From positions 87,234,001-87,298,000 of the forward strand of contig NC_042999.1 in assembly GCF_006345805.1 (NCBI RefSeq): DNA of 64,000 nt. Direction: 5' to 3'. Below are positions 36,561 to 50,400 of this stretch, one piece after another. The notes beneath the pieces are model-generated. The model saw only the letters and a program-made list of their open reading frames with translations, was not told the DNA's origin and did not search any database. The DNA is from Octopus sinensis (Eukaryota). The stretch's first letter is position 1. Each line of letters begins with the position of its first letter. A program made the position numbers and the translations under genes.

Positions 36561-38059
36561 ACATGGTCTTGTACAGATATGGTCAACAATTGTTCAGTAT
36601 TGTTGGGTTTTCCTTAATCAGATACTTTCATCAATGACTAATTAATCCTATTAGTTTCAGGACAGTGCATGATCAAATTTTATTCATAATAGGATTTTAA
36701 GTTCATTTCTGTTTGAGAACTGAACAATTATAAATGTGCTTCTGCTGTTTACTGTGGTGAGCTGCACTTACTTATAGCCACTTGGTGAGAGTCAGATGCC
36801 TTGGAATTAGACAAAAAGCAATATTTGTGATGGAACACAAACTGAACCTTTTCTAATAATTTTCATGTTAGTATACTTCCAAATATACTTACGTTTTTAT
36901 ACATATCTGCTTTCAAATAAATTCATTTAGCTACTTCAAAATGCAGTGAAAGCTACCTATGATCATTTTAGGATGCGGCCTCTTAAATAGCAAATAACCA
37001 GATGATAACATTTATCAGTAATATAACAATATCCTGAATATGTTTGGAACCCCCTAATTTTGATAACAATTATTGATACTGTTATCTATGATTAATAAGC
37101 TGCTGCTATTATACTCTCAGGTCACTGTGTTGTTGGTAAACTTCCGAGTATGCTCATTTCAGTAATTAAAAAATTCAGTGAAAAATGTCTGAAATTTAAA
37201 AAAAAACAACTTTTTTTTTTCAAATTTCCAGAAGTTCACTTTTAAAATTATTTGAATCTAATCTAATTCTGTGACTGATATGACTAATTGCAAATGGATT
37301 AAACAAATATTGATTATATTTGATGATAAAGTCTTTATGAGCTAGCAGATAGGAGATATTGAAACTGCTACCATCTGTGTATTACATTCTCCCCTAATAA
37401 AATTTCTTTTTCTGTATATCTTAAATGTCTGAACAAAAAATTAGTGTTTTAAGTAGGGTCGGAACATTGAAATAATAAAATTATAGTTAGGTATTATAAA
37501 AATATTAATTTCAAGCATATATTCCAATATTTTTTATACACACACACACATATACAGAGAGAGAGAGAGAGAGAGAGAGAAATAGACTGAGTTGTAAATG
37601 TAACCATAGTGTTTCGGTAGTCTGATGAGTTAGCTTTCTTTATTTGCATTAATTTGTGAATATACAATTGTATAATGCCGAGCATATACATATTAATGCA
37701 AATGTACATATAATTTTCATATACTAAAGGTAATGCTACATGAAGAAGGTCGTGAAATGGCTGTAATCATATGGAAGTCATGGAAAAATAATCTATCTTG
37801 ATTTGTCATACCTGACTTTTATGCTTTACATATATATTCTTAACAGTATTTAGTTTTTATGTATTTACTTTTTTGTTTATCAACATAGCAAAGTACTTTT
37901 GCAATGTATGCGCTATGTCTATTTTTGTTGTAGATTTTGGAGTATGTTAATGGCTAGTTGTAATAAATATCTTCAGAATGTTCTTAATAAGAAATTTATA
38001 TTTTATAACCTCTTTTTTATTGTAACTAGATGTCTGTATTTTAGCACAATATTTATTTC

Positions 38060-38385
38060 TTTGTTGCCCACAGGAGGCTAAACATAGAAGGGACAAACAA
38101 GGGCAGACAAAGGGTTTAAGTCGATTACATTGGTGGAATTTGAACTCAGAATGTAAAGACAGATGAAATACCTATTTCTTTACTACCCATAAGGGACTAA
38201 ACACAGAGAGAGGACAAACAAGGACAGACAAACGGATTAAGTCGATTATATTGACCCCAGTGCATAACTGGTACTTATTTAATCGACCCCAAAAGGATGA
38301 AAAGCAAAGTTGACCTCGACGAAATTTGAACTCAGAACGTAGTGGCAGATGAAATATGTGCTAACATTTCTGCCAGCTCGCCACC
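38060..38385 (-). mobile_element. Family C tRNA-derived SINE(s), two overlapping or nested copies
   Basis: Minus head GGTGGCGAGCTGGCAGAAATGTTAGCAC, B-box GAGTTCAAATT, central domain, and a duplicated tail block. Confidence 0.8.
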
Positions 38386-41300
38386 CTATTGTGCTAATTA
38401 AATAAATTTAATTAGCACAATATTAAATCTATTTTAATATGATGTTAAAACATTAGAAACATATTTCATATCCTGAAGTAGTTATCTTTCTTTTTCTTAG
38501 AGATAGGGTACATCTTCAATATTTCAGGGAGTTCTGTCATCTAAACCAAATTGGTCTTATGCCTTGATCTTTATTTGTTAAGTTAATCAACAATACCCCA
38601 TCCATATCTTTCAAAATAGTTTTACTTTATTGTCCTCTGTTACCATACCCATTTCTTCAATTCTTTTTCATGTGGCTCTGATTTTTATTAAGAATATCAG
38701 AATACTCAAATAATTATTATTATTATATCTCCTATAATTCTGTTGTTATTTAAAACATCAACTGCTATTTAAACATCAAAATAATTAAAGCAATTAACCA
38801 CTTTCACCTTCTCATATCTTCTTTCTTAAAAATTGCAAGCTGGTTTGTAATTTTGATTGTTTTAGAAACATCTTTAAGTCTTCTTGCCCAGAGAATATGT
38901 TTGTGAAACAGTCAACATATGAACTCTTTCTTATGTAACAAATTCCAAGACAGTTTGAGTAGTACAAAATCTTTGTAGATGATTAAAAAAAAAGAAGCAG
39001 CGCAAGACCACATGCTAAATTTTCATAACTCAATCATTTGGGATGATTATGAAAATAATTTTTTAAAACCAAATATGTTCTGTGTCCAATCAAGACAAAC
39101 AGTCACTTCTCAGTACTTTTGAGATAACAAAGATCTGTTAGCCTATCTGTAACTAGCCCTATTTTGTCAGTTACTAAGGTATTTAACTCTTAAAAAACCT
39201 ACTCAATCCACTTAACTATCAGTAAGACCCATGGGACTTCAAATTGTAAGCATGCTATAGTTGATGAGTGTTTCTTGTGTTTGTAGCTGAATTCAAAGCC
39301 TACATGAAATTTTTAGTCGTGTCCCAATTATTCAATATATTCTCTATTTACTTTTAATTTTTAGTTTTTTTTTTCTCCATAGATTGTTTCATTTCATACA
39401 CAATTTCACCAATGCACGCATCTGTTGGATATTTACCAAAATTTGAAGAGTTGCAATTTTGCTTTTAATGGCTTTGCCAGAGAAAGAAGGTCAATAGTGC
39501 CTATGACTTTTGCAAAGACTGGATGGGAGAAAAGACGGAAGAAACCATGACTCATGGATTACCCAAAGACTGGAGACCTGATCTGAATGCTTGCAATAAT
39601 AGTACCCAAGGGTTTGGTCGCTTGGTGGTGGTAGGTCTACCACACAAAGTTGCTGACCTGTAGGTGCTAATTTATCAACTCAAGGATTAAAATTTTAAAC
39701 TGATGACTGGCATTATAAATCTGGTAAAGACACTTAGTTTTCACTGGCTCAATCCAAGAAGCTGTAAATAAGTAACATAAGGAGGTATGTTTTGATACCA
39801 CAAAATTTAATGAGTATTTTGTTAGAACACATAGTTTTACTTGAATTCTTGTATGTAAATCACTCTAGTGGATTCCACCTTGAAATATATTACATAATAA
39901 CAACTCATTAATTATTAGGGAAAACTTGTTTATATTTTAGCTTCATTCCTTATTCTAACTATTCGACTTTAATGATATTTGATGATGTGCATTTAGTGTA
40001 GCATGTTTTAAATTTAGAATTTTAGTCATTATTATTATTTTTTTTTTTGCCTTAGTAGCCACTCTCTAAACTTAATATAATTCTGAGTTAGAGAGGTCAC
40101 TGTGAATATACTTTGGTGGTTTGCATTCTCATGGAAAGCACAAATCTTAACAATTTCAGATCAGTAATGACATTTGTGCTTTCCTGAAGAGGATTAGTGA
40201 TTTATGTATAATCAAATAGCTATAACAAAAAATTGAAACTAGGTTATGGACTTGTTAACATACCTTCCATTCTATAGTTCTTCTCATTGAATAAGATATG
40301 AACCAAACCAATATTCTATACTATTTATTTTATTAACTGTTATGAATGGTTGTTAGTTTTCATTTTGATAATATGTAACTAGTGATAGGAAGGCTATGCA
40401 ACTGTGAAATTCATGCCAAAAATGAACGAATGAATGAATGAATGAATTAAAGAAGCATGGACTTTGCAATCTGTATGCAAGCAATTCACTGGGGAAAGTA
40501 GAAACTATGATGAAATTATGCTGGATTGTGGTGACATTTTAGTTCTGCTATAAATTGCTCATTTGTTGCTGGTGGTTTGTAAAGTGATTGGAGATAAGAA
40601 AAGCCTTGGTTGTTAAAAACCATGCAAAGAAAAGGTTGGGACAAATATGCAACAAAGATGGGCAATTTTTCTCTGTTACTGTATGTGTCACATGACATAG
40701 GCCGTTGGAGTGTGGGAAGACAAAATAAGATCCATCTAATCCATGATAGCATGTAAAATGATAATGATGTTAGCACCATTATTGTTATAACGTACACTTT
40801 TCCATGCTTACTTGGGTCAAATGAAACTTTGTTCATTCAAATTTTTCTACAGCTGGATACTTTTTTTGTTGCCAACTTTTTACCTGTTTCTAAGCAAGGT
40901 AATAGCTTGCCTAGTCTATTGAACAGCTTGCACACTCTTTCACAAAGGATTGTAATAAACAAAGGACATTGTCTGTATGGGTGGTGACTCTCGTTTACAA
41001 TTAGTGTGCTGTCAAGACAGAAGGAACACACACACACACACTGGATTTCTTCCAGTTCCTGGCTACCAAATTCCACTCACAATGTATTGGTCATCCTGTG
41101 GTTATAATAGAAGACACCAGCCAACAGTGCCCTGCAATGGGGACAAACTATAATATGCGTAGTTCTGAGGTGAACTTCTCAACTGTACCTCCAATCATTT
41201 GTATATTGACTAGGTTTGATATTTTGATTATATTTCAATCATACATTAGGAAAGATGCCAAAAACACTAATGTGTAAAATTATTTCTAATTTAGAGGCAC

Positions 41301-41799
41301 AAGGTCAATAGACTTGTAGGATGGAATATAGTTGATTAAACTCACTGCTGTACTTGACTGGTACATTTTATCAACACTGAAGAGATGAACAAAAATTGAC
41401 CCTGCTGAGATTTGAACTCTGCATATAAAGAACTAGAACAAATACTAATCTGCTTGCATACTACTTTGCTGGTATGTAAAATTAAACTGAATAAGACTGT
41501 AATTGAACAATGATTTTGTAGCTTTTCTGAGGCCTTTGTAGAAGTGAATGTTAATAGCGTACTGCTATATGAGTCTGATCAAGAATTAAGTGTATTTCAG
41601 TATGTATATTAATCTATGAATATTCCATTCTCTGAACACCATACAATACTTGTGGAATTAGACACATTTTTTTTCTTTGATTTCTGTAGTGTTATGTTTT
41701 TGTGAGAGTAGTTTCTCAAACCTTTGCTCAACCCTCACTTTTGAAGAAAGTTTTTGTTTTCTAAAGACAGTATTGAACTAACAAAACTCTTTCACAGTA

Positions 41800-41950
41800 C
41801 TCATCATCATCATCATCGTTTAATGTCCGTTCTCCATGCTAGCATGGGTTGGACGGTTCAACTGGGGATCTGGGAAGCCAGAAGGCTGCACCAGGCTCCA
41901 GTCTTATCTGGCAATGTTTCTACAGCTGGATGCCCTTCCTAATGCCAATG
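41800..41950 (-). mobile_element. Family A copy
   Basis: (CAT)n-CGTTTAATGTCCGTTCTCCATGCTAGCATGG...CTGGATGCCCTTCCTAATGCCAA on the + strand. Confidence 0.85.
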
Positions 41951-43559
41951 ACTCTGACTCTTTATATTATATTCTAACCCTCTATATAACTTTTGAGCAC
42001 AGTCTTGTCTTTTAATAGTGAAGTATTTTGGATATAGACATCATGTACTGTCAGTTAAAAGATGCATTTAACTTTTTGGTTGTTTTTTTTCTGGTACTCT
42101 ACTAACTCATCCATACCTGTATTTTAGTTGCTAATAAATCTCTTATATTGATAAAATTACAACCACTCTTTTAATAGAAAAAAATTGTATACTTGCTACA
42201 TTTTTTACAGAAAGATTTTTTCCCTGTGTTAAATGATGTTTACACATTTGATTTCCAATTTGTGTAATTTTTCTAATATGTCTAATTTGCCTTTGTATCC
42301 TTCATTCATCTAATGGTACTTCTAAATAAATTTAGAATAATACCAAGTGCTAAATGGAAGTATTAGAGTTTATGAAGAAATCAGGTATTATGTTGACTTC
42401 GCCATGTAAAAGTTCTCAGTTTATCATCTTCAACAATACTGAACAAATATGAAAGGATACTAGAATCAACATAATTTGGTAGATACTGAATTAAACTTAT
42501 AATTTGGAGAAAGGTTTTTTTTCCTGATATGTCTGTAGAAAGTAGCATTACAAATATCTGAGCAACCTTTGTACTTGAAGAAGTATGAACAGAGATGTTA
42601 GGAAACTTTATCTCACAGTATAAGATGAATATTTCACAGTAAATAAAGATTAGTTTTATGAATGATTCATGAAGTTGAAGTCTTTAGTAATAAAAGAATC
42701 TTGAAAGCTACATTTTGATAAAAATATATTAAAATTGGAATTTATTAGAATTTTCCAGACAGTTCAGACTTTGATAATAGCTTTCTTTTAGTAAAAGTTA
42801 CATATTCCAAACTAATTAAAAAGCAGCCTTCTTTATTGTAATACATCATATAGCTACACTTGTGAATGATAATCTCATTGGATATTGAACCCATTGAAGG
42901 CAGTGAGTTCTTAGAATGGTTGGCAGAATACCTTGCTGTGTTTAGTTATGACCTTTTAAGTTCTGATCTTGATTGACTTTGTTGTTCATCCTTCTCTGTA
43001 CTATGCACTCTCAAATATTGGAATTGACTGATGTATGTCACTTGTGTATGGTGGTCCTGCTGTAATTGGCAGTTACCAGTCAATGTTTACCTGTGTACTA
43101 CATCTGAGAGGACGTGCAGCATAACTGCCCATTATCATTGTGGTCTTAGGAGAGGAGAATGCTGTAAGAAAGGTTGCATTTACTGGCAAGTCATTGATTT
43201 ATTGCACACATCTTTAATAGTTGAAATGATTTTGATATGATTGTCTATATTTGTGTATGTATTGTTATAATAATACACTATATGGTGGTGCCCCAGTATG
43301 ACCGCAGCTTTAAAGCTGAAATATTTTAAAGATATTTGGAGATATAGTTGATGGTAAAGATAGACAAGGTAGGATGATGGACTGGATATTGTACAGTATT
43401 AATTTCACTACCTCAATGATAATCTACAAAAATATATACAATAAATATACAATGTCCATTTCAGTTCACTACATAAAATTGAGCTCATAATTATTCAATT
43501 GAAATTAATAATAATCTGTATTTTCTGTTTTTTACAGGGAGTTGCTCTACTAAAGTAGT

Positions 43560-44488
43560 ATGAATCCCACACTAAGTCTTGAGCAGTTACTAACTGCTAC
43601 TCAACAACAACAACAGTATGAAGACAACGTTAGACAAATGCAATTAAGTACGCCACCACCCAGTCAGACCAGTGCCTTTTCTGAGCCAGAGTCACTCATT
43701 CCATCATTGTTATCTCAGCTTTTAGCTCCTCCATCACCTCCGTTAGTGTCTATGGCATCAGGTTCAATACCAGAGTGTTCAGAAGTTACAATGTCCACAC
43801 AACATTTACAACCTTCCTATTCACAACCAGAGGAACCATCTGAAACATCCATTTCATCAACTGATCAGCCAGAATTAAAAATGCCCTCACTGTTAGAAAC
43901 ACCGGATTCATCTTCATTACTGTCTTCGTCTGATTCACTGACATCAACACCAATGCATCAGTCAGTTTCATCGTTAACATCACTGCTGTTATCATCATCG
44001 CCGCCACCAACAAGTAAACCTGAGGCTACAGTTTCCTACTCAACTGCCTCATCTCAGTTATCAGGATTGTTATCAACAACTGTTCCTCAGTCTACAGATA
44101 CTATACCAGTATCACTGCCATCATCATCAGTTACACTTGTGTCTACATCTACATCCTCACCGTCAGTAACATCTACATCGACAACTATAACAACTACTAC
44201 TACAACAACAACAACCATATCGACATCATCATCATCATCGTCACCAATTACTGTGCAATCACCAGAAGCAGCGATTGCCTCCATAATGTCTGCTTCGAGT
44301 CGTATGATATTGCAACATCAAGCTGCTGGACTTTTATCTCCTGCGGCCGCACAACAGTATTTGGAAATGATGCGGACACGAGCAACAAACTACGCCACAG
44401 CGACGACTGCAGTGCATCAAAAGTTACTTGATGATCTCAATGAAGAACTAGGGAAACTGGCTAATGATGGTGTTGAAGAGAGTGTCAG
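43560..44488 (+). CDS. SBNO: SBNO-like coding exon 1: S/T/P/Q-rich low-complexity N-terminus
   Basis: Acceptor tttacag|43538; all three frames are closed between the acceptor and the ATG frame start, and A is at -3 of ATG 43560. Donor AG|gtagat is phase 2 and joins exon 2 in frame. Confidence 0.8.
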
Positions 44489-47400
44489 GTAGATATGAAA
44501 TTTTGTTTCTCCCTCTTTCTATTGATTTATGTTGAGCATGACAGCAAAAATGTACCATATATCCTCTGTTAATTATAGGATTCTTGGGATTTACCTTGTT
44601 CCATCAATATGTCTTTCTTTCAGTGGTATTATCTGAAGAAAGGGTATTGTTGTTCTTTGCATGCATACTGTGGGTTTTTTTGTTGGGTAGTGGGGTCTAT
44701 ACAATTAAAAATATTATTTGTTGATCAGAAATATTTAAAAATTAAGTAGCTCATATCAAGTTAATTATTTGACTTTAGTTTTTACTGTTTTGCACCTATT
44801 TCTCCGTAAGAGTGTGATGTTTATAAATTCATGAGGTGTGTATTATTGGATCAGTTGTTTGTTCAGCTTGGTACCTTTCTTTCAGTTAACTTCTTCACTA
44901 TAAAGTAAGATAAGATTTTGTTGTCCGCTAGTCAGACTGAAGCAAGTAAGTTATCTTGTATTGCCAGTCCATAGCCAAGCTAATTAATTGTGAACTATGT
45001 AAGTGGGTCATAAGGTTTATGTTTGCAACTATATAGTCAGTAACCCCAGTACCTTAATTTTCTCCTATGTCTTCCTTGCCTCAGTCTTTCAGATGTTCAA
45101 AGCATTTCAAATGCTCTGCATTTCCCTATACAACCAACATCATCCTCCACATGCATCACATATCCTTATCAATGCAGTCTTCTCTCTTGCACACTGCATC
45201 AAATTCCTTATATATCTAGCTTTTCTCTAAGCTCATTTGCATTCCATTGTTCATGTACACTAACATTATATATCCAGTAGAGCATGCTCACTTCATTTCT
45301 TTCCTGTTGTCACAAATGTTCCACTTTCAAGGACTATATCTCGCTACTATGCAGCATCACACTTCATACACTAGCATTATACAATCTGCTCTTCACTTTG
45401 TGAGAAAAACCCCTTTGCTGACTATAGAAGTAACTGCTTCCTGAACTTTTTCTTCCTCTTACCTATTCTAACTAGTAGACTTTATGTGCACGCACCTCTA
45501 CTGCTGATTTTGTAACAAAAACAATGAACTGTTTCTTGTTGGTTTTCTGAGCATTTGAAGAATTTATTTTGTTTGTTTTCTCATTGCTAACTATTCCTGT
45601 GTATCTAGCATATGCAAAGTCAACTTTCCCTATTAGCTTGCTTCTTATTCTCTAAAACATAATTTAGAAAAATTGCACTGGCAAATTATGAAAGCTGTGA
45701 AAATATCTCACCATTGACCTCAGAGCCATAGGTAAATAACCAGGACATGTAAAGCAATGTTTTCTTGGAATTTGAATTATTAAAATGGTTTAAAAGGATG
45801 ACTGAAATACTGCTCAAAAAGTTGTGTGATAATATTCTGTTTCTGGTTAATGAATGTCTCTTTGGTTGTATGAGAAAAATTATATGCAATAAACTAATAT
45901 TCAATCTGATGTCAATCCCTATGAATGGTATATTGTCATCTAAACAAGAAATATTACCTTTCCTGTTTCAGTTTACTTCATTGGGAAGCGATGCTACTCC
46001 TTAGAATGATGTTGCAGCAGAGATATAAACTTAAATAATTTGTAAATATTCAAATTTACAAAATAATGAAAATTCAATGGAAACAATTTGTCAGTTTCAA
46101 AACCTGAAATTGTATCATTTGTTTAACCCTTCAGCATTTAAACCAGCCATATCTGGTTCAAATATTCTACCAGTTTTGTGTTCAACCCAGCCAGATCTGG
46201 TCTCTCACACATAATCTAGTTGTCATTTTAAAAATAAGCAATCACATCTTCAAAATCTTGAACCTACAAGATAATACATGATAAATTTTTTTAAATGTGT
46301 ATTACACTTGAATACTAAAGGATTAAAGTTTCTTTATCCTATAGTTTTGGAGTGATGATTTTGTTCTTTAGTGGAAAAGCAATATCTAGTCTATTTGGGG
46401 TTGTCATTAAAATTCAGATTCCTGCCTATAAGGGTCCACATCAGGCATAGATCATAGTTCTCCATTGCATTTGTTGTTTCATTGGTGGTTGTTTTATTGG
46501 CTGGTGATTATGTAGAGTGTATGTTGTGTGAGTTGTATTATTTTATTTGGTGGTGATTGCATACGTGTTGTATGCAGGGACAACATGAGTTGTACTGTTG
46601 AGTTATGTCTTGCAGAGATATTTTCAATATTGTGTAGAGGTGTGAGTCCTTGTATGGTTTTTATGATTTTGGTCATTTCCTTCATGTTCAATCATTGTTG
46701 GTACTGTTTTCATTCTTTTACCCAACATTCTTATAATTTTAATTACAAGATTCTTACAATTTGTCACTTTCTTATTTTTTCTGGGCAGTGTTTTGTTGGA
46801 AGAGGTAGAATTTTTATAAGAATACAAATATTTTTGTTCCAGTCTTTGTTGAAACAGTTTGGCCTTGATCTCTTTGTTAGCATTGATAGGCATGTCTTAG
46901 ATGATTGTTACCAACTCATTGTCATATTACATTTGATAGATGTTGATACCACTTCTAATCTGTTTTTATGTTGGTAAATGAAAGTAGCTACCATCTTGAT
47001 GTCTCAGATTTGGTAAGGACTGAGTATGACTTTAACCTACTTCCAGTAATGGAGTCCTTTTCAGGATTTCCAGGGCTTTAAGGCATGTGGAAAAACCTCT
47101 TAGTCACTATTGTATCCAGGTATCTCTGACCTGGAGTAGTAGCACCTGTTAGGGTCCCAGCTATGAGTGAAATAGCATGTAAATAGAGATCAACTGTGAA
47201 TATAGAAATAAACAGCCCAGGGCCAAATCATTGCAAGGCCTAGCACTCTGTAGCCACCTAAGCCAGAATTGTGTTGAAATCATGGGATGCAGCATGTTGA
47301 ATGTGAACTATTTTGGTAGATGAACTTTTTGAATTGATGGTGAAGATCAGTATATGCTGAGTAGATCAATAGTCAACATGCTGTCAATGGCCAGGACCAA

Positions 47401-50400
47401 TTAGTTTAGTTAGTGAGCTTCTGTTATTATCTGTAGTTGTTGAATGCACAGATAAGACATCCAGCTATCAAAAAACCGATGACTTAATGGTTTGGATAAG
47501 TTACCCGACTAGATGCTGATAGCAAGGACTGACTGGGTAACCAGAAATGAGGTAATCGATGGCCATAGGGTACTGATTACATTGTCTGCACTTAATGTTG
47601 GCATCTTAATTCATAATTTTATTTTCGTGCTTAGTTATTTATGGCTTGGAATTTTGTCCTCTGCAGCTACATTCAGACATTGTTAATGTTCATTCTGGCT
47701 TACTTCCTTTGTGTTGAATCTCATGGGGTATTTGACATGGACTGATTTTTCTTTTCATATTTTCTTTTGTGTATTTTGGAATTCTGTTTCATCTTGTTTT
47801 CTTCTTATTTTTCAGTAATTTTATTTTTATCGCTCACTTACTTTGCACTATTGAGTGCAAATCTGCATCCCTTGAGCCTGTGCAAGTGTTTGTTTTGTTT
47901 TCATATTTTTGTATAGAATCTGCAATACAATATGTAATATGTGTGCAGCACCTAATAGTGCTGTGTTTTGTTTTCCATATTTGTAAAGGCTGGTGTTTTT
48001 GTATGTGTTTGTATTCTCGTTTTTTATAATTATTTTCAAGGTATCTACTGTAAGGATTGTCCATGCATTCTACTTACTTCTATTTCAAGATCAGTGTATT
48101 CGGATTATTTCTCTATTTCTTGATGAAGAACTTTTTTTATCTGCTTGAGTTGTTACTTCAATTAGGTGGCACCTTTTTTCTGGTAGGTCTTGACAACAAT
48201 ATCCTGCTTATTAGCCTTGTTGTCCTTGACTGTATATTAGCTAGTATAGTTGGCAGTGTTCCTCTCTCTCTTGTGAAAAAAAAAATGTGTGTGATAGGCA
48301 TGACTGCTAGAACTTAATACAGGCACTTTCTTTCTCGGGTAAGCTCTCATCAACTTTTCCAATTTCTGGTTGGAAGGGGAGATGCTACCTTCTAATTTAT
48401 TGAAAGATGGGTGAAAGTGGAGGATGAATGAATCTATTCTCAGCATGTGGTTGCAGGCAGAAGAATACAGCTAGGAGAGGACACTTACTCTTGGTAACCC
48501 AATCAAGGATCCACACATTGATCTCTGTGGATCCTTGATTGGTTCTAGAATGAATTCTCCTCTTGAGGCATTAACATATCTTGTGTACATCATTCTATTT
48601 TATTTGATTTCACTGTAAACACTCATACCGTTTGTAATTAGTTTCTTTGATGTCTCCTCATCCCATCACCCTTGTGTAATAGTGCAGAATATATGAATTA
48701 ATAAAAGAAATGACATGTATAAACTGAGGATGTACTGAATAAGGGAGATTGCAACTGTTAAGTTTGTTTATTCTCTTGTTGGAATGGATCTAAGCTATTT
48801 GCTGCTCATATATTATGTGTTAATTAGTTATTAAATAACAACTGAATATATTGATGTTGGCCAAATCATAAGTTCATACGATGCGAAAAAAAAAATATCC
48901 TTTTTAATCAATTTTTATAGGAAATGTTGCTGAAAAATTGTTCGTAGCAACTAATGATTAAAGACATTCATTAAACATTTTTAAATCTGTAAATTTTTAA
49001 ATGTGTAATCACAGTTAAAAAGCATGAAGATTGAGACAGTCAATTAACCCTTTTGCGTTTGGATTTCTGTGTCAGGCATAATGCTTATTCATTTACATTG
49101 CTTTGAACTAATCTTGCATTATCTTGTAACTTCAAGATTTGAATGATGTGATTGTGTAATTTTAGAATGACATTATAGGGTAGGTGTGAAAGGCCAGATC
49201 TGATTGGTTTGAGCATAAAACAGGTAGAATATTTGGGCCATATGTGACTAGTTTAAATGCTAATGGGTTAATGACAATTTTTACCTCTACCTTAGTGAAA
49301 GCAGAGGTATTGTTTTCAGTCGTGTTTGTTTGTTTGTCCGTGGACAAGATATCTAAGAACCGCTGGATGGATTTAGATGAAACTTTCAGGGATGTTTGCC
49401 TCATGACTGGCACAGACTAATTAGATTTTGGGATTGATTCAGTACCAGACAAGGATTCTGGATTATTTTTTCCTGTCTTTTTTACTTAATTTCTGAGTGG
49501 TCAGGTTCATTTTTGGTATTCTCGTTTGTGAGAGGAGTCAAGTTTATTTCAAATATTCTCATTTTTAAAATCATCTCTGCCTAATTGTTGAGACAACATT
49601 CGTGTTGCCTTGGTGGAGGTTTGTGCTCTGTGAGTGCTCTTGTTGTTCATATTTTATGCAAAAATTCCAATTTTTCTCTATTTTTACAGCCAAGAAGTAT
49701 TTGCAAAGTTTGAACACAGAGAAATCCTTCCAGGCTGCTGTTCCCATCCTGGTGATATTGTTGAAGCAGGATCACTTGCAGTATGTATCATATTTTGAGC
49801 GTAGCATTTAAGTAGTTTATTGAACCAGAGTAAAATTATGATCAAAAATATTTGTTTAGATTACTTATATATATATCTATTAGGGGTATCACAAAGTAAT
49901 GTTACATTTTCAAACAAATAGTCTGACATCATACCTTAAATAGTTTACAAGCCAATAAAAGGTGTCCTTGCAATTAACTAATTGGCATTGTGTTAATGAC
50001 CAAACGTTAATGTGGACATGAAAATCAAGGACTTTAATGAGCTGCAGATCTTATTTCTTCTTTTACTTGTTTCAATCATTAGACTGTGGCCATGCTTGGG
50101 CACTGCCTTGAATAATTTTTAGTAACTAATTGATTGGCTGGTTTTCTGATGTTTGTATTTCATGTTTGTAAGAACCTCAAAATCTGTGATCCCTGTTTCA
50201 TGTAACAGGTCATTGTCTACCTATTCTGGTGTTACAGCATTGATATTTCTAATGATGATAACACTTATTGTCATAATTCCTTGAAGTGGCTTGCAAATAG
50301 ACTTTATAGAACTAATCCTGTTGTTTGTTCAGTTGTTCTATTTATAATGTATAAGTAGAAATCACAAATGTTGTCATGTGATCATTATTTTCTTACCCAG

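Noticed and set aside
46400-48600. Possible additional LINE (APE/RT) remnants on the - strand
   Set aside because: Only faint motif traces; too decayed to delimit or classify by eye.
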